This document shows, in pieces, positions 63,942 to 64,000 of a stretch of 64,000 nucleotides of DNA. The DNA is taken from the NCBI GenBank assembly GCA_964409365.1, contig CAYPCX010000008.1, forward strand, positions 265 to 64,264, in the 5' to 3' direction. The notes beneath the pieces are model-generated. The model was not told where the DNA came from. It saw only the letters and a list, made by a program, of their open reading frames with translations, and ran no database searches. The translations under genes and the position numbers were made by a program. How positions within the stretch are numbered: position 1 is the first letter of the stretch; the number at the start of each line of letters is the position of its first letter. Source of the DNA: an uncultured Planctomycetia bacterium. Its GTDB lineage: Bacteria; Omnitrophota; Gorgyraeia; Tantalellales; Tantalellaceae.

Positions 63942-64000
63942 ATATACTTTTCTTCCTCCGGGAGTTTTTTCGACCTTCTTGGAAGCGATCTCGCCCTTTT

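Noticed and set aside
24039-63941. Possibility that the giant ORF is an assembly artefact of collapsed or chimeric repeats
   Set aside because: It is not rejected outright. The internal repeats (HTH units, TM modules) are clearly diverged at DNA level, which argues against simple collapse. Only the 232-bp duplication at about 58 kb is near-identical. Confirmation by long reads is still needed.

Overview
All supported genes in this 64 kb window (about 55-58% GC) lie on the minus strand. From high to low coordinates the array is: one giant ORF (24039..63941, 13,300 aa, no in-frame stop over 39.9 kb), a CinA-C/PncC-like gene, thpR, recA, alaS, a his block (hisD-hisB-[inserted AT-rich four-helix-bundle gene]-hisH-hisA-hisF-hisI), a complete trp operon (trpE-G-D-C-F-B-A), ruvX, an M16 peptidase, an S2P/M50 protease with CBS domains, rpe, a phosphohexomutase, lepA and a partial lepB. 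Many neighbours are tightly coupled through ATGA start/stop overlaps. The housekeeping calls rest on strong, classical sequence motifs. The giant ORF is the main item. It has an N-terminal signal anchor and many TM segments. It carries candidate enzymatic modules: a carbon-nitrogen hydrolase, two class-I SAM methyltransferases, two HAD phosphatases (one FkbH-like, fused to a GNAT-like part), several GNATs, a Bac_transf sugar transferase, a DMT/EamA-like membrane block, a caspase/CHAT-like His-Cys module, a degenerate Fic motif and a minimal nucleotidyltransferase. It also contains an array of 11 tandem ~59-aa Xre/Cro-type HTH repeats and several internal duplications. This matches the giant multi-domain genes reported from Omnitrophota-like uncultivated bacteria, but the taxon and all domain calls are motif-level inferences made without database searches. 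Other unexplained structure: period-7 tandem heptamer repeats upstream of at least seven genes; inverted heptamer tracts bracketing the low-GC four-helix-bundle gene inside the his operon; a perfect 46-bp palindrome downstream of the CinA-like gene; a repeat-rich rpe-pgm spacer; and near-consensus sigma70-like promoters for recA and for the CinA-like gene (the latter apparently leaderless). No tRNA, rRNA, CRISPR or transposase was found. The long plus-strand ORFs are antisense shadows of minus-strand genes.
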